The notes below the pieces were generated by a model. It did not search any database. It saw only the letters and a program-made list of their open reading frames with translations, and was not told where the DNA came from. The position numbers and the translations under genes were made by a program. A DNA stretch of 50,432 bases from Deltaproteobacteria bacterium (GTDB taxonomy: Bacteria; Desulfobacterota; Dissulfuribacteria; Dissulfuribacterales; QOAL01), in the NCBI GenBank assembly GCA_027003115.1, contig JALWYS010000127.1:1-50432 (forward strand), in the 5' to 3' direction. Numbering within the stretch: position 1 is the stretch's first letter; every line of letters begins with the position of its first letter. This document shows positions 9,378-18,879 of the stretch, one piece after another.

Positions 9378-11411
9378 ATGAAGGGAAAAATTGTCCCACT
9401 CATATTGACAATACTTGGCTTAGGCCTGTTTCTGACCGCTTCTCCGGCATGGTCAGAAGACAGCACGGCAAGTCCTTACAACCAGGTGTGCAGCTCCACG
9501 AAAACGGGCCGCCTGGTAATATCACCAACTAGCCTTCAGTTCTATGTGAACCAGGAGCAGCTGGAGAACCCCCAGCCTATTACAATCCGCCTTACTGGAT
9601 TTGCGCTGCCAAACTGCGTTGACGGGAATTGTACCACAGAGAAGATGGAAGAATTCACATACGATGCAAATGGTACTGTAAACGGTACCATTCCGCGCAC
9701 TGACGATCTTTCTGCGCACAACAACATCTGGGCTGAGACCTTAGACTTTTGCTGGATTGCAGCCCCTACCGAGCAATGGATTGATATAAACGGCCAGCCC
9801 GCTGGTGTTGCCGTGGATTCTGCCAATGGAAACGGCACCTTTACCGTTACAGTGGATGTTAACAAGCTACTTGACAGCAACGCTGTCTACACTGGAGAAC
9901 CTACTGTAAAGGAAGGATGGATACAGGTAACAACCACTATCCACGACCCAAGCATTCCGGGCGGAAACTCAACCTATATGCGAACCCATGTGGATGAACA
10001 AATAAAAAATTACGTGTCTGCCACACTGTCTGACTGGACGGTGGACGATGATCTTCCTGTTCATGAACAGATGTCAACGTGGTGGATACCTGTAAAGGTA
10101 TATGTAAACTCATTACGCTATGCTGCAGAAGAAAAAGCAGCTACCACCGATTGGGTAGACCTGACCCTCAACGTGCCAATTTCTGATGGTACAAAAGGGG
10201 CACTTTACATTCTTGCAGAGCATCCGTCCCTGTCTCCAGGCCAGGTATTTGCCTATCGCTGGATAAATGGCAAGCCACATTTTGATCTTTTCAGTCAGTG
10301 GGGTCATCCTATACCTGGTGCTGAGAGCCTCTATTACGCAAGGGATGTCCAGAATACTCCCATTGCCCTTCCCTTCAGTGATGATAAGGTTTCTGTTGCT
10401 CCAATACCATACAAGAACACCAATGTGGGGGTCTCAGGAGGTATTCCAGACGTGAAGGCCTTTGTACCCGTTCCCTTTGGTGGAGGAATAAGGCTTATTG
10501 GGCTTGAAGGAGACTGGATAATAAGGGCGGTTGTTGGAGACCCAACAGATATTCAGAACTACAGGTCATGGCGTGAGCTTCTCTATTATGTACTCCACAT
10601 TACACCTCTCAAAGGTCGATGGGTCGTAACCGAGGAGTATGCTGGAGACACCACCACCTATATAGATGACGCCACGGGTATTATATATCCACTTACCTTG
10701 AACGAAGAGCGCGGTAAGCTAAGTGGTGTCTGGCTAACCCCAAAGGGACAGACAGTTCTTACAGTAAGATACGCCAATACCTCTGACCAGGTATGTAACC
10801 AGTTTACCATCCGGGGCCAGAGGGTGCTTATAGACAACTGCATACGCCCAGGTAAATATGAAATCTATTTTACCGAAAACACCATCTGGGGACCCTTTGA
10901 GTACCTTTACAGAATCAATGATTTTGACGTTGAAACGGCAGGGAAAATAGAGGGTCAGTGGCAGTATAGGGCGCTTGGTGACGTCAATTGGTCTGTTCCA
11001 GAACACTTTACTGCAATTACAGAGGACGTTGTTGTTCCCCTCGATCCCAATTGCAACTGCTACAAGGTTGCAGGAAAGGTCAACGGAATTGCCACTCCGT
11101 TTATAGTTGACACTGGTGCTGCCATGGTGCTCCTGAATCTTAACGATGCCGAGATGTACGGGATACCAATGGCTGCAAATGGAACCATTACATGGGACGC
11201 CTGTCAGCAAGGAACCGCTGAGGGCGTTGGTGGTCAAATAGAAGGCTATTGGTGCCCTGTCAATATTGAAATAGCAGGAATCCTTAAAAAAGAAAATGTC
11301 CCGGCGTTCCTTTCAGAGAATCAGGATACAGCCTTACTTGGCATGACTTTCCTTAAATACTTCCATGTAAGCACAAACGCCAATGATGGAACCATGATCA
11401 TATCAAAATAA
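9378..11411 (+). CDS. Secreted 677-aa protein with C-terminal retropepsin-like (clan AA) aspartic protease domain
   Basis: Sec signal MKGKIVPLILTILGLGLFLTASPAWS. An N-terminal BACON/Ig-like segment reads SPTSLQFYV...ANGNGTFTVTVDVN. The C-terminus VAGKVNGIATPFIVDTGAAMVLLNLNDAEMYGI...ALLGMTFLKYFHV matches the bacterial gag-asp_protease / Asp_protease_2 pattern. Confidence 0.75.
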   Translation: MKGKIVPLILTILGLGLFLTASPAWSEDSTASPYNQVCSSTKTGRLVISPTSLQFYVNQEQLENPQPITIRLTGFALPNCVDGNCTTEKMEEFTYDANGTVNGTIPRTDDLSAHNNIWAETLDFCWIAAPTEQWIDINGQPAGVAVDSANGNGTFTVTVDVNKLLDSNAVYTGEPTVKEGWIQVTTTIHDPSIPGGNSTYMRTHVDEQIKNYVSATLSDWTVDDDLPVHEQMSTWWIPVKVYVNSLRYAAEEKAATTDWVDLTLNVPISDGTKGALYILAEHPSLSPGQVFAYRWINGKPHFDLFSQWGHPIPGAESLYYARDVQNTPIALPFSDDKVSVAPIPYKNTNVGVSGGIPDVKAFVPVPFGGGIRLIGLEGDWIIRAVVGDPTDIQNYRSWRELLYYVLHITPLKGRWVVTEEYAGDTTTYIDDATGIIYPLTLNEERGKLSGVWLTPKGQTVLTVRYANTSDQVCNQFTIRGQRVLIDNCIRPGKYEIYFTENTIWGPFEYLYRINDFDVETAGKIEGQWQYRALGDVNWSVPEHFTAITEDVVVPLDPNCNCYKVAGKVNGIATPFIVDTGAAMVLLNLNDAEMYGIPMAANGTITWDACQQGTAEGVGGQIEGYWCPVNIEIAGILKKENVPAFLSENQDTALLGMTFLKYFHVSTNANDGTMIISK

Positions 11412-11438
11412 GAGAACCCTCCTCTTCTCTTACAAACA

Positions 11439-11471
11439 GGGCCATGGCGAAAGCCAGGGCCCTTTCTTTTT
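11439..11471 (+). terminator. Rho-independent terminator after the retropepsin-domain gene
   Basis: GGGCC-a-TGGC-GAAA-GCCA-g-GGCCC hairpin with a GNRA loop, followed by TTTCTTTTT. Confidence 0.6.
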
Positions 11472-11474
11472 CCT

Positions 11475-12329
11475 TTATTCCTTTTTTATATGAATTACTG
11501 TTACTTCAGGTGGTACCCCAATCCTCACGGGAAAACCCTCGGTTGTTCCAAGACCTGGATTTACATAGAGCCACTTGCCATTTCCAGAACCAAAAAGGCC
11601 GGAAAGATGCCTCCAGTCCTTTCCTGAAAACAGATAAGGTCTTAGCCACCCAGGGGTTATGACCTGGCCTCCATGGGTGTTTCCAGAAAGCCACAGAAGC
11701 TTCCTGTCTCCAGGAAGTTTTGACCAGTATTTTGAAAAGTGGCTTAAGACCAAAACGGGTGTCTTTTCAAAAAGGGCCTTTGTGGATACCTTCTTCCAGA
11801 AACGATCCATCCTCTCTTCATCATCCCCTATGGAAGGATCTATTCCACAAAGCTTCATCTTGCGGCCCTCTTCTAGACTAACCAGAATACACTGATCCCT
11901 TAAAAATTTTGGCCTCTTTCTAAGCCTGTGTATGTCATTGTTCTCATGACAGTAAAAGCATCTTTGTGGGCCAGAGCTCTTGTCAGAGTCCCCAAGGACC
12001 ACAAAGACCCCATATTTGCCCTTCAAACTGTTTAAAAACCTTACCACATCGGTGCTTGTTGCTCCCCACTGGCCAAGATCTCCGGTCACACATACCAGGT
12101 CTGGTTCAAGGCCGTTTATTATTTGAATAACGCGTTCCTCCCTGCTTCCAAGCCTTGTAAGATGAATATCTGATATGTGGACGATTCTTAGCCCGCCCCA
12201 GGCGTTGTACAGCTTGTTGTCGGAAATTATCACATGCTTAACAATGACCTTTTGAGGCTCAATAAGCCAGCCGTAAAGAAAAATGACAAGTAGGGTTATT
12301 ATAAACAGTAAGGCAACTATTTTTTTCAT
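11475..12329 (-). CDS. Membrane-anchored metallophosphoesterase (calcineurin-like)
   Basis: N-terminal TM helix, then LRIVHISDIHL, VTGDLGQWG, VVLGDSD and SGNTHGGQ, the canonical MPE motif series. Confidence 0.85.
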   Translation of the reverse strand: MKKIVALLFIITLLVIFLYGWLIEPQKVIVKHVIISDNKLYNAWGGLRIVHISDIHLTRLGSREERVIQIINGLEPDLVCVTGDLGQWGATSTDVVRFLNSLKGKYGVFVVLGDSDKSSGPQRCFYCHENNDIHRLRKRPKFLRDQCILVSLEEGRKMKLCGIDPSIGDDEERMDRFWKKVSTKALFEKTPVLVLSHFSKYWSKLPGDRKLLWLSGNTHGGQVITPGWLRPYLFSGKDWRHLSGLFGSGNGKWLYVNPGLGTTEGFPVRIGVPPEVTVIHIKKE

Positions 12330-12368
12330 CTTTTATTTTGAATTGGTCGTTTCTGTTGCGTTTGGCCC

Positions 12369-13118
12369 TTGTCTTTACTAAAGATTAGTGAATCTATGGC
12401 CAAGGATTTGGATAACATAGTAGTAATCCTTAATGAACCTCGTTACCCGGAAAATATTGGTGCCTCGGCAAGATGCCTCAAGAACATGGGCCTTTCTCGC
12501 CTGAGAATAGTAAGGCCTCAAAACTGGAATGAGGAAAAAATCCTAAAAATGGCAACCCACGAGGCTGCAGACATTATACACGCAGCAACTCATTTTGAGC
12601 GGCTCGATGATGCAGTTTCTGACCTTAATCTTCTTGCAGGAACAACTGCAAGAACTGGAAGAAAAAGAAGGCCCACCCACACCCCTAGAACCATTGCCCA
12701 AAAGGTGGTGGCTTACCCTTCAAGGGTCAAAATAGGCCTAGTGTTTGGATCTGAAAAATGGGGGCTTTCAAACCGTGAGTTGGGCCTTTGCGATTGGGTT
12801 GTTTCCATCCCCACTGCGGATTTTTCCTCCCTAAACCTTGCCCAAAGTGTCATGATCGTCTGTTACGAGATAATGCTTGCCTCTGGAGAGCAGGCGCAGA
12901 TTCAAAGGCCCAGGCTAGCGACGATACGAGAAAAAGAAGGCATGTTTTTTCATCTCGAGCAGGTCTTTGAGGCCATTGGACTTTATGAAAAACAGACCCC
13001 TTCTTACTGGATCCAAAATGCCAGGAGGTTTTTCAGGAACAAGGAACTTACGGCAAGAGATGTAAAGACGGTGCGTGGATTTTTGAGGCAGATTCTTTGG
13101 GCAGTAAAAAATGGATAG
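12369..13118 (+). CDS. trmJ: SpoU/TrmH-family RNA 2'-O-methyltransferase, TrmJ-like
   Basis: IVVILNEPRYPENIGASARCLKNMG, LVFGSEKWGLSN and IPT...SLNLAQSVMIVCYE (SPOUT knot motifs), plus a C-terminal extension of about 80 aa as in TrmJ. ATG 12396 is an alternative start. Confidence 0.75.
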   Translation: MSLLKISESMAKDLDNIVVILNEPRYPENIGASARCLKNMGLSRLRIVRPQNWNEEKILKMATHEAADIIHAATHFERLDDAVSDLNLLAGTTARTGRKRRPTHTPRTIAQKVVAYPSRVKIGLVFGSEKWGLSNRELGLCDWVVSIPTADFSSLNLAQSVMIVCYEIMLASGEQAQIQRPRLATIREKEGMFFHLEQVFEAIGLYEKQTPSYWIQNARRFFRNKELTARDVKTVRGFLRQILWAVKNG

Positions 13119-14028
13119 GAACCGTTGGCTAACTATTTTAGTGCTCCTGTTGGTTCTCATCCTGGGTGACTTCCTGGCATCAAGAGACACCCTTTCCAGT
13201 GAACCTCCCATTGGAATCTTCCTTTCTTCAAAAATCCGCCCTTACCTGCAGTCACTTCACGGCCTAGAAGACGAATTGGATTTCGACTACCAGGTCTTTG
13301 ACCTTAGCGAAAATTACGAGCTTGCCAAGCATTACGCCCAGAGCAGACGTTTCCAGACCTGTGTCGCGATAGGGCCTGAGGCCATAAGGCTGCTATACCT
13401 GTACGGCACAGCCATTCCCAACAAGCTTGCAATAATGGCCCTTGACCTTGAAAAACTGGTTGGAAATCACACCCTGTGCGGCATAGACCTTAGAATTCCG
13501 ATATCCTTTCAATTGGAGATAATTGAAGAAAAGTTAGGCCCTGATAGGAAGGTGGCCATACTTTACAACAAAGCAGAGAATGGGGAACTAATACAAAGGG
13601 CCCTAAAATACGCAAAAGAAAAAAGGCTGACCCTTGTGCCCCTTGAGGTGGAAGGCCCGTCCCAGATAATGGAAAAGCTTGGGCCGGTTATAAATCAAAT
13701 AGATATAATCCTGTTCATTCCTGACTCTGTCGTTATTTCTGAAAAAATTGTCTCCCACATCACAAAGACAGCCCTTTTAAAGGGTGTTGCCGTCTGTGGC
13801 TTCAATCGTTTCTTTTATGAAACGGGGGCACTGCTTTCCTTCATAATTGACTATGAGGAGGTGGGAAGGCAGGCTGCAAGGCTGGTCGAAAAACTGGTAA
13901 GAGAGCACATTTGCATCTTTACACCACCAAAGGTCAAACTTTTATGGAACAAAAGGGCCCTTAACATTCTCCTCAAGAGTCAGCCTGAGAAATGGAAAAA
14001 CCTGGGTATCCGCGAGGTGAAAAAATGA
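13111..14028 (+). CDS. Periplasmic ABC-substrate-binding-like protein (ABC_sub_bind type), probable sensor accessory
   Basis: N-terminal anchor WLTILVLLLVLILG. KVAILYNKAENGELIQRALKYAKEKRLTLVPLEV, IILFIPDSVV and GVAVCGFNRFFYETGALLSF resemble PF04392-type proteins. The start overlaps the trmJ stop, and the stop overlaps the kinase start (ATGA). Confidence 0.6.
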   Translation: MDRNRWLTILVLLLVLILGDFLASRDTLSSEPPIGIFLSSKIRPYLQSLHGLEDELDFDYQVFDLSENYELAKHYAQSRRFQTCVAIGPEAIRLLYLYGTAIPNKLAIMALDLEKLVGNHTLCGIDLRIPISFQLEIIEEKLGPDRKVAILYNKAENGELIQRALKYAKEKRLTLVPLEVEGPSQIMEKLGPVINQIDIILFIPDSVVISEKIVSHITKTALLKGVAVCGFNRFFYETGALLSFIIDYEEVGRQAARLVEKLVREHICIFTPPKVKLLWNKRALNILLKSQPEKWKNLGIREVKK

Positions 14029-15431
14029 AAAGGGCCTGGGTATCCTTTCACAACCTCACCTTTCAACAGCGCCTCATCATTGGAATAGCCCTTCTCATGG
14101 CCATTACCACCCTTACTTTAGGAATTGCAGGAAACGAACTTGCAAAAAACTTCCTACTCATCCGGTTTGATGACAGGATGGATTTCCTGGCCAAGTATCT
14201 GGCTGCCAACAGTGAGCTTGGGATACTTCTTAGCGACAGGCCAATGCTTAAGAGGCTCGCATCCAACTTGCTTGCAGAAAAGGACGTGGTGGAGGTTAAA
14301 ATTAGCGATGATAAAGGCAACGAGCTTGCAAAGGTAAAGGACAACACCAACGCATCCTCAATAAGAAAGACCTCGGCACCAGTGGTCCTTACCACCGCAT
14401 CTGAAAACCTCGTATTTGGCCAAGGCAAGAAGAAAAACAAGATAATCGGAAGGGTAGAGATATCCTATGTGACCACAAGCATAGACGAGCTCACTAGCCG
14501 GCTCAGGACCCGCTACCTTCTTCTCACCCTTCTCATATTCTGCGCCGGGATACTCTTTTTTCTTTTCTTTACAAGGTCCCTTATGGCACCACTGGCAAAC
14601 CTGGTTGAAGCTGCCCAAAAGGTTGCAGAAGGAAATCTCGAGGTGAAACTTGAAAAGGGCTCCCTGCCTGAAACTAGAAAACTTGCCACCTCCTTTAACA
14701 CCATGACTCAAGCCCTGAAAGAGAGCAGGAAGAACCTTGAGGAGACCTATCAAAAGCTTATTCAGGAACAGGCCCTGGCAGAGGTTGGCCACTTTGCCGT
14801 AACCGTAGCCCATGAAGTTAAAAATCCCCTTGGAATCATAAAGGGGGCGCTTGACATCTTAAGAAAGGACGGAATCGAAGAGCAGGTAAGGGCCACCATG
14901 ATTTCATATGTTGAAGACGAAATCAGAAGGCTGGATATGCTCATCCATGACTTTCTTGATTTTTCCCGGCCAAGGCCGCTTAGCTTTAAAAAAACGGATA
15001 TCTCATCGCTTTTAAGAAATATTGTGGACCGAATGAAACTTGAATGGGAGCCAAAGAAAGTGGGCATTGATTTTAAATCCATTGTCCAAGAGGCAACGAT
15101 CCAGGCAGACGAAGACGCCCTTTCTCGGGCAATGGTTAACATAATAAAAAACGCATGCGAGGCCTCTCCAGAAGGCTCTGCCGTGACAGTGAACCTTTTT
15201 GATGAGGGCTCCTTTTTCAAGGTTGTGGTTTCAGACCTTGGAGCAGGCATACCAGATGAAAAAAAGAAAGAAATATTTGAACCTTTTTTTACTGGAAAGT
15301 CCAAAGGAACAGGACTTGGCCTTACCCTTACCAAAAAGATCATAGAGGCCCACATGGGTCAGATTGAAGTCAAAGACAATGAACCAAAAGGAACCAAGAT
15401 AGAAATAATATTTTGGAAGACGAACGATTGA
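14025..15431 (+). CDS. Sensor histidine kinase (2 TM, periplasmic domain, HAMP, HisKA, HATPase_c)
   Basis: HAMP LANLVEAAQKVAEGNLEV, H-box VTVAHEVKNPLGII, N-box NIIKNACEAS, G1 DLGAGIP, G2 GTGLGLTLTKKIIEAHMG. ATG 14025 overlaps the upstream stop (ATGA). The tracker start is 13992. Confidence 0.9.
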   Translation: MKRAWVSFHNLTFQQRLIIGIALLMAITTLTLGIAGNELAKNFLLIRFDDRMDFLAKYLAANSELGILLSDRPMLKRLASNLLAEKDVVEVKISDDKGNELAKVKDNTNASSIRKTSAPVVLTTASENLVFGQGKKKNKIIGRVEISYVTTSIDELTSRLRTRYLLLTLLIFCAGILFFLFFTRSLMAPLANLVEAAQKVAEGNLEVKLEKGSLPETRKLATSFNTMTQALKESRKNLEETYQKLIQEQALAEVGHFAVTVAHEVKNPLGIIKGALDILRKDGIEEQVRATMISYVEDEIRRLDMLIHDFLDFSRPRPLSFKKTDISSLLRNIVDRMKLEWEPKKVGIDFKSIVQEATIQADEDALSRAMVNIIKNACEASPEGSAVTVNLFDEGSFFKVVVSDLGAGIPDEKKKEIFEPFFTGKSKGTGLGLTLTKKIIEAHMGQIEVKDNEPKGTKIEIIFWKTND

Positions 15432-15433
15432 CC

Positions 15434-16792
15434 ATGGCAAGAATACTCATAGTAGATGACGAAGAAAAAATAAGACACATACTGTCCATTATGTTGAAAC
15501 TAAAGGGACATCAGACCGAAGAGGCGGCAAGCGGTAGGGAGGCCCTGGGCCTTCTCGAACAGGAGCCTTTTGACGTGATTATTACAGACCTTAAGATGCC
15601 TGAGATGGATGGCTATGAGCTGCTTCGGTACGTGAAAAAATCTGATAACCCCATTCCTGTAATAGTGATTACTGCCTACGCCACAGTGGAATCGGCAGTG
15701 GAGGCCATGAAGAAGGGGGCAGTTGATTACATCACAAAGCCCTTTGAGGAAGGGCAGATAGTGCTTGCCGTTGAAAAGGCCATAGGACTTTCAAGAATAA
15801 TCCAGGAAAATATTGATCTTAAACGCAGGGTCAAGAGGCTCTCAAAGGCTGGAGAGATCGTCTGTGTTTCCTGTGCCATGCAGCAGGTCATGGATATGGC
15901 CATGAAGGTGGCAGCAAAGGCAGATACTACTGTACTTATCACAGGGGAGTCAGGCACGGGGAAAGAGGTAATAGCAAGGTTCATCCATGACAACAGCCCC
16001 AGGAACAAAAACCGTTTTGTGGCCCTAAACTGTGCGGCCATAACCGACACCCTTGTGGAAAGCACGCTTTTTGGCCACGAAAAGGGGGCCTTTACCGGTG
16101 CAGACCGCTCCAAACAGGGAGTGTTCGAATATGCCTCCGGAGGCACCTTGTTTCTTGATGAGATCGGTGATCTTCCCCTGGAAGCACAGGCAAAACTATT
16201 AAGGGCCTTACAAGAAAAGACCATCCAGAGGGTAGGCGGAAATGAACCCATACAAGTGGATGTAAGGGTAATATGCGCCACCAATCAGAACCTTCAGGAA
16301 CTGGTTGAACAGGGACAGTTTCGCCAGGACCTCTTTTTCCGGATAAACGTGTTCCCCATTCACATCCCCCCGCTGAGGGAAAGAAAAGAGGCAATAATCC
16401 CTCTGGCAGAGTTCTTTGTAAAGAAATTCCTGGATGATTTTGACTCATCTGAACAACTCTTAACCGATGGAGCCAAGAGGATTCTTAAGGAATACAATTG
16501 GCCTGGCAACATCAGAGAGCTTGCCAATACCATGGAACGAGCGGCCATACTGGCCGGTCTTCCGCCAATAACTTCAGAACACCTGTCGTTTCTATACTGT
16601 CAAAACCTTGCGTCTGATAAAAAATCCTTCAAGCTGCCTGAAGAAGGTATTAACCTGGAGGAGCTGGAGAAGGACCTAATCAGACAAGCCCTTGAAATGA
16701 CAGGCAAAAATCAAAGCGCTGCAGCAAAACTCCTTGGACTTACGCGGTCCAAATTTCGCACCAGGCTGAAACAGCTGGAGGAAGAACGTTGA
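15434..16792 (+). CDS. Sigma-54-dependent response regulator (NtrC family: REC + AAA+ + Fis-type HTH)
   Basis: REC domain ILIVDDE...DVIITDLKMPEMDG, Walker A GESGTGKE, GAFTGA loop (GHEKGAFTGA), and C-terminal HTH NQSAAAKLLGLTRSKFRTRLK. Confidence 0.92.
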   Translation: MARILIVDDEEKIRHILSIMLKLKGHQTEEAASGREALGLLEQEPFDVIITDLKMPEMDGYELLRYVKKSDNPIPVIVITAYATVESAVEAMKKGAVDYITKPFEEGQIVLAVEKAIGLSRIIQENIDLKRRVKRLSKAGEIVCVSCAMQQVMDMAMKVAAKADTTVLITGESGTGKEVIARFIHDNSPRNKNRFVALNCAAITDTLVESTLFGHEKGAFTGADRSKQGVFEYASGGTLFLDEIGDLPLEAQAKLLRALQEKTIQRVGGNEPIQVDVRVICATNQNLQELVEQGQFRQDLFFRINVFPIHIPPLRERKEAIIPLAEFFVKKFLDDFDSSEQLLTDGAKRILKEYNWPGNIRELANTMERAAILAGLPPITSEHLSFLYCQNLASDKKSFKLPEEGINLEELEKDLIRQALEMTGKNQSAAAKLLGLTRSKFRTRLKQLEEER

Positions 16793-18837
16793 TTAGTCTA
16801 ACCAAAAGGGCAAAATCAATATCCCTTATTTTTGTTTTCCAAGGCCTTATTGCCTTGACTCTAATGGTCTGCAAAGTTGCTATGGCCGCTACAACAGTTC
16901 CTACCAAGGTCCTGTTCGTTGGTGAAGATATAGAAGTTGTCACAAGTGCATCAAAGCACCCAGAGTCTCCAGAAGAGGCCCCGGCAGTGGTGTCCATCAT
17001 AGACCAGAAAAAAATAGAGAGCTTCGGGCTTAGGACTCTTGGAGAGGCCCTCTCTCTGGTGCCAGGCTTTTACATAGCAGACAGGGAGGCCGGAGGTCAG
17101 CCATTTCTGAGGGGTATTCCTGACAGCTTCCTCTTCCTTTATGACTCCGTCCCAATGACTTCTGACAGCACAAAGTCCATCTTTCCTCTGGGGGAAGAAC
17201 TCACCCTGGACTTTGTTAAACGTATCGAGATAATAAAAGGCCCTGCATCGGTTCTTTGGGGACCAGACGCCTTTGCAGGTGTGGTGAATATTGTTCCCAT
17301 GGAAGGAAGGGACATAAACGGGGTTTCCCTAAAGTTGCGGGCCGGCACTCCCGACCATGAAGGACATTTCACCCTAAGCCTCGGAAAAAACTTTGGCCTA
17401 TGGGAGGGCTTTGTAGCTGTAAGCGCCACTTCAAAACACGCCTTTGACGACGGTTATAACGTTTTGAAATGCGGCAGCGACGAGGCATGCACAGATCCAT
17501 ATGTGCGAGGAAGTGGAAGCCTTGATAGCTCAAAATACCTTGAGACCGTCTTTAACTTCTCCTGGAAGCAGTGGCTTAAACTGTCAGGGAGATGGTCTAC
17601 CATGACAGACAGGTACGTCGTTGGCGAAATAGACTCAGATAAGACCTGGGCTGCAAAGAAAAAAATACCATTCAGGTTTATAAAACTTGAGGCACAAAAG
17701 GACCTTGGGCTATATAACTTCCATTTCAGCACCTACTACAGCAAGATTCCCTTTGAGGAACAACTGGTTGACGTCTCATGGCACTCAAACAGCCATGTCT
17801 ACCATGGCGAGCTATTTGTTGACAGGCAACTTTGGGATTCCACAGGACTTTTGACCCTTGGCACCTCATACCGCTATAACCGCATAACCGGGGCCGTGCT
17901 TTCAAAGAGCTTTTTGCCAGATTTTCTCCAACCAGGAAACCCGCTCTTTAAACCCATCATCAATCAAAAGGACTTTGACACCAGCCTCTTCTCAATTTAC
18001 GGGCAGATAAAAAAACACTGGAAGTGGTTTGACCTTTGGGCAGGTATGAGATTTGACGATCATAACCAATACGACAATTCCATTTCATACAACCTGGGTG
18101 CAGGATGGCGACCACTGAGGCCCCTTCGAATCAAGCTCCTTTTTGGCACTGCCTATCGAACGCCATACAACACCCAACTCGTCAACAGAAAGGGAATGGA
18201 CCCTGAAAAGATACAAAACACCAGTCTTAATATTGACTGGAAGCCATTAGTAAACCTTCATTTCACCGCCACGGGTTTTTGGAACAAGATAAAACACCAT
18301 GTGAACGAGGACCCAAATGGAGGCCTTTCAAGACCAAATTCCCAGGACATTTATGGCCTTGAAGCCTCGGTAATCTGGAGACCTACCTACTGGATGAATC
18401 TGTGGTTCAACACCACCCTCATGAACAACTACGGTGACAAGGAAAATTACAAAGTCCTTGATTACATAATCATTGAACCAGACGGCTCCTTCAAACCCTT
18501 TTACTCACAGTGGAAGACCCCTTTTGAGACAGGGCCCAAAAACCTTTTCAACCTGGGGGCAGAGTTCGACGTCACTTCAAAGCTCAAGCTCAATGCCAAG
18601 CTTAACTACGGAAGTGCCTACACTGGTTACTACAACAAGGGAACCGAAAAATTTTCAAGTACAAACCTGTGGATAACCGATTTAACAGGAACTTACAGGG
18701 ATGCCTTCTTGAAACACCTTGATGCACAAGTGGCAATAAAAAACCTTTTCAACGAGAGATACAGGGTTCCTGGAATTTACAGTACAAAGAAAAGCGCACC
18801 CCTTACCGTCTACTTTTCACTCAAGTACAAATTCTAG
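16789..18837 (+). CDS. TonB-dependent outer-membrane receptor
   Basis: TTG start overlaps the regulator stop (TTGA). Signal peptide ends VAMA-A. TonB-box-like EDIEVVTSA, plug region VVSIIDQKKIESFGLRTLGEALSLVPGF, and a long beta-barrel ending in the aromatic terminus YFSLKYKF. Confidence 0.85.
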   Translation: MISLTKRAKSISLIFVFQGLIALTLMVCKVAMAATTVPTKVLFVGEDIEVVTSASKHPESPEEAPAVVSIIDQKKIESFGLRTLGEALSLVPGFYIADREAGGQPFLRGIPDSFLFLYDSVPMTSDSTKSIFPLGEELTLDFVKRIEIIKGPASVLWGPDAFAGVVNIVPMEGRDINGVSLKLRAGTPDHEGHFTLSLGKNFGLWEGFVAVSATSKHAFDDGYNVLKCGSDEACTDPYVRGSGSLDSSKYLETVFNFSWKQWLKLSGRWSTMTDRYVVGEIDSDKTWAAKKKIPFRFIKLEAQKDLGLYNFHFSTYYSKIPFEEQLVDVSWHSNSHVYHGELFVDRQLWDSTGLLTLGTSYRYNRITGAVLSKSFLPDFLQPGNPLFKPIINQKDFDTSLFSIYGQIKKHWKWFDLWAGMRFDDHNQYDNSISYNLGAGWRPLRPLRIKLLFGTAYRTPYNTQLVNRKGMDPEKIQNTSLNIDWKPLVNLHFTATGFWNKIKHHVNEDPNGGLSRPNSQDIYGLEASVIWRPTYWMNLWFNTTLMNNYGDKENYKVLDYIIIEPDGSFKPFYSQWKTPFETGPKNLFNLGAEFDVTSKLKLNAKLNYGSAYTGYYNKGTEKFSSTNLWITDLTGTYRDAFLKHLDAQVAIKNLFNERYRVPGIYSTKKSAPLTVYFSLKYKF

Positions 18838-18872
18838 AAAAATGGCCAGCCCCCCTCAACTAGGCCGGCCAT
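18838..18872 (-). terminator. Hairpin between convergent genes, probable terminator of the TPR gene
   Basis: ATGGCC-a-GCC ... GGC-c-GGCCAT stem (18842-18872). A T-run (TTTTCTAG) follows only on the minus strand. Confidence 0.4.
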
Positions 18873-18879
18873 CAAAGAC

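Noticed and set aside
16497-16530. TGGCAA ... TTGCC resembling a sigma-54 promoter upstream of the TonB-dependent receptor
   Set aside because: The GG to GC spacing is about 18 nt instead of 12, and the sequence lies inside the regulator's coding region.
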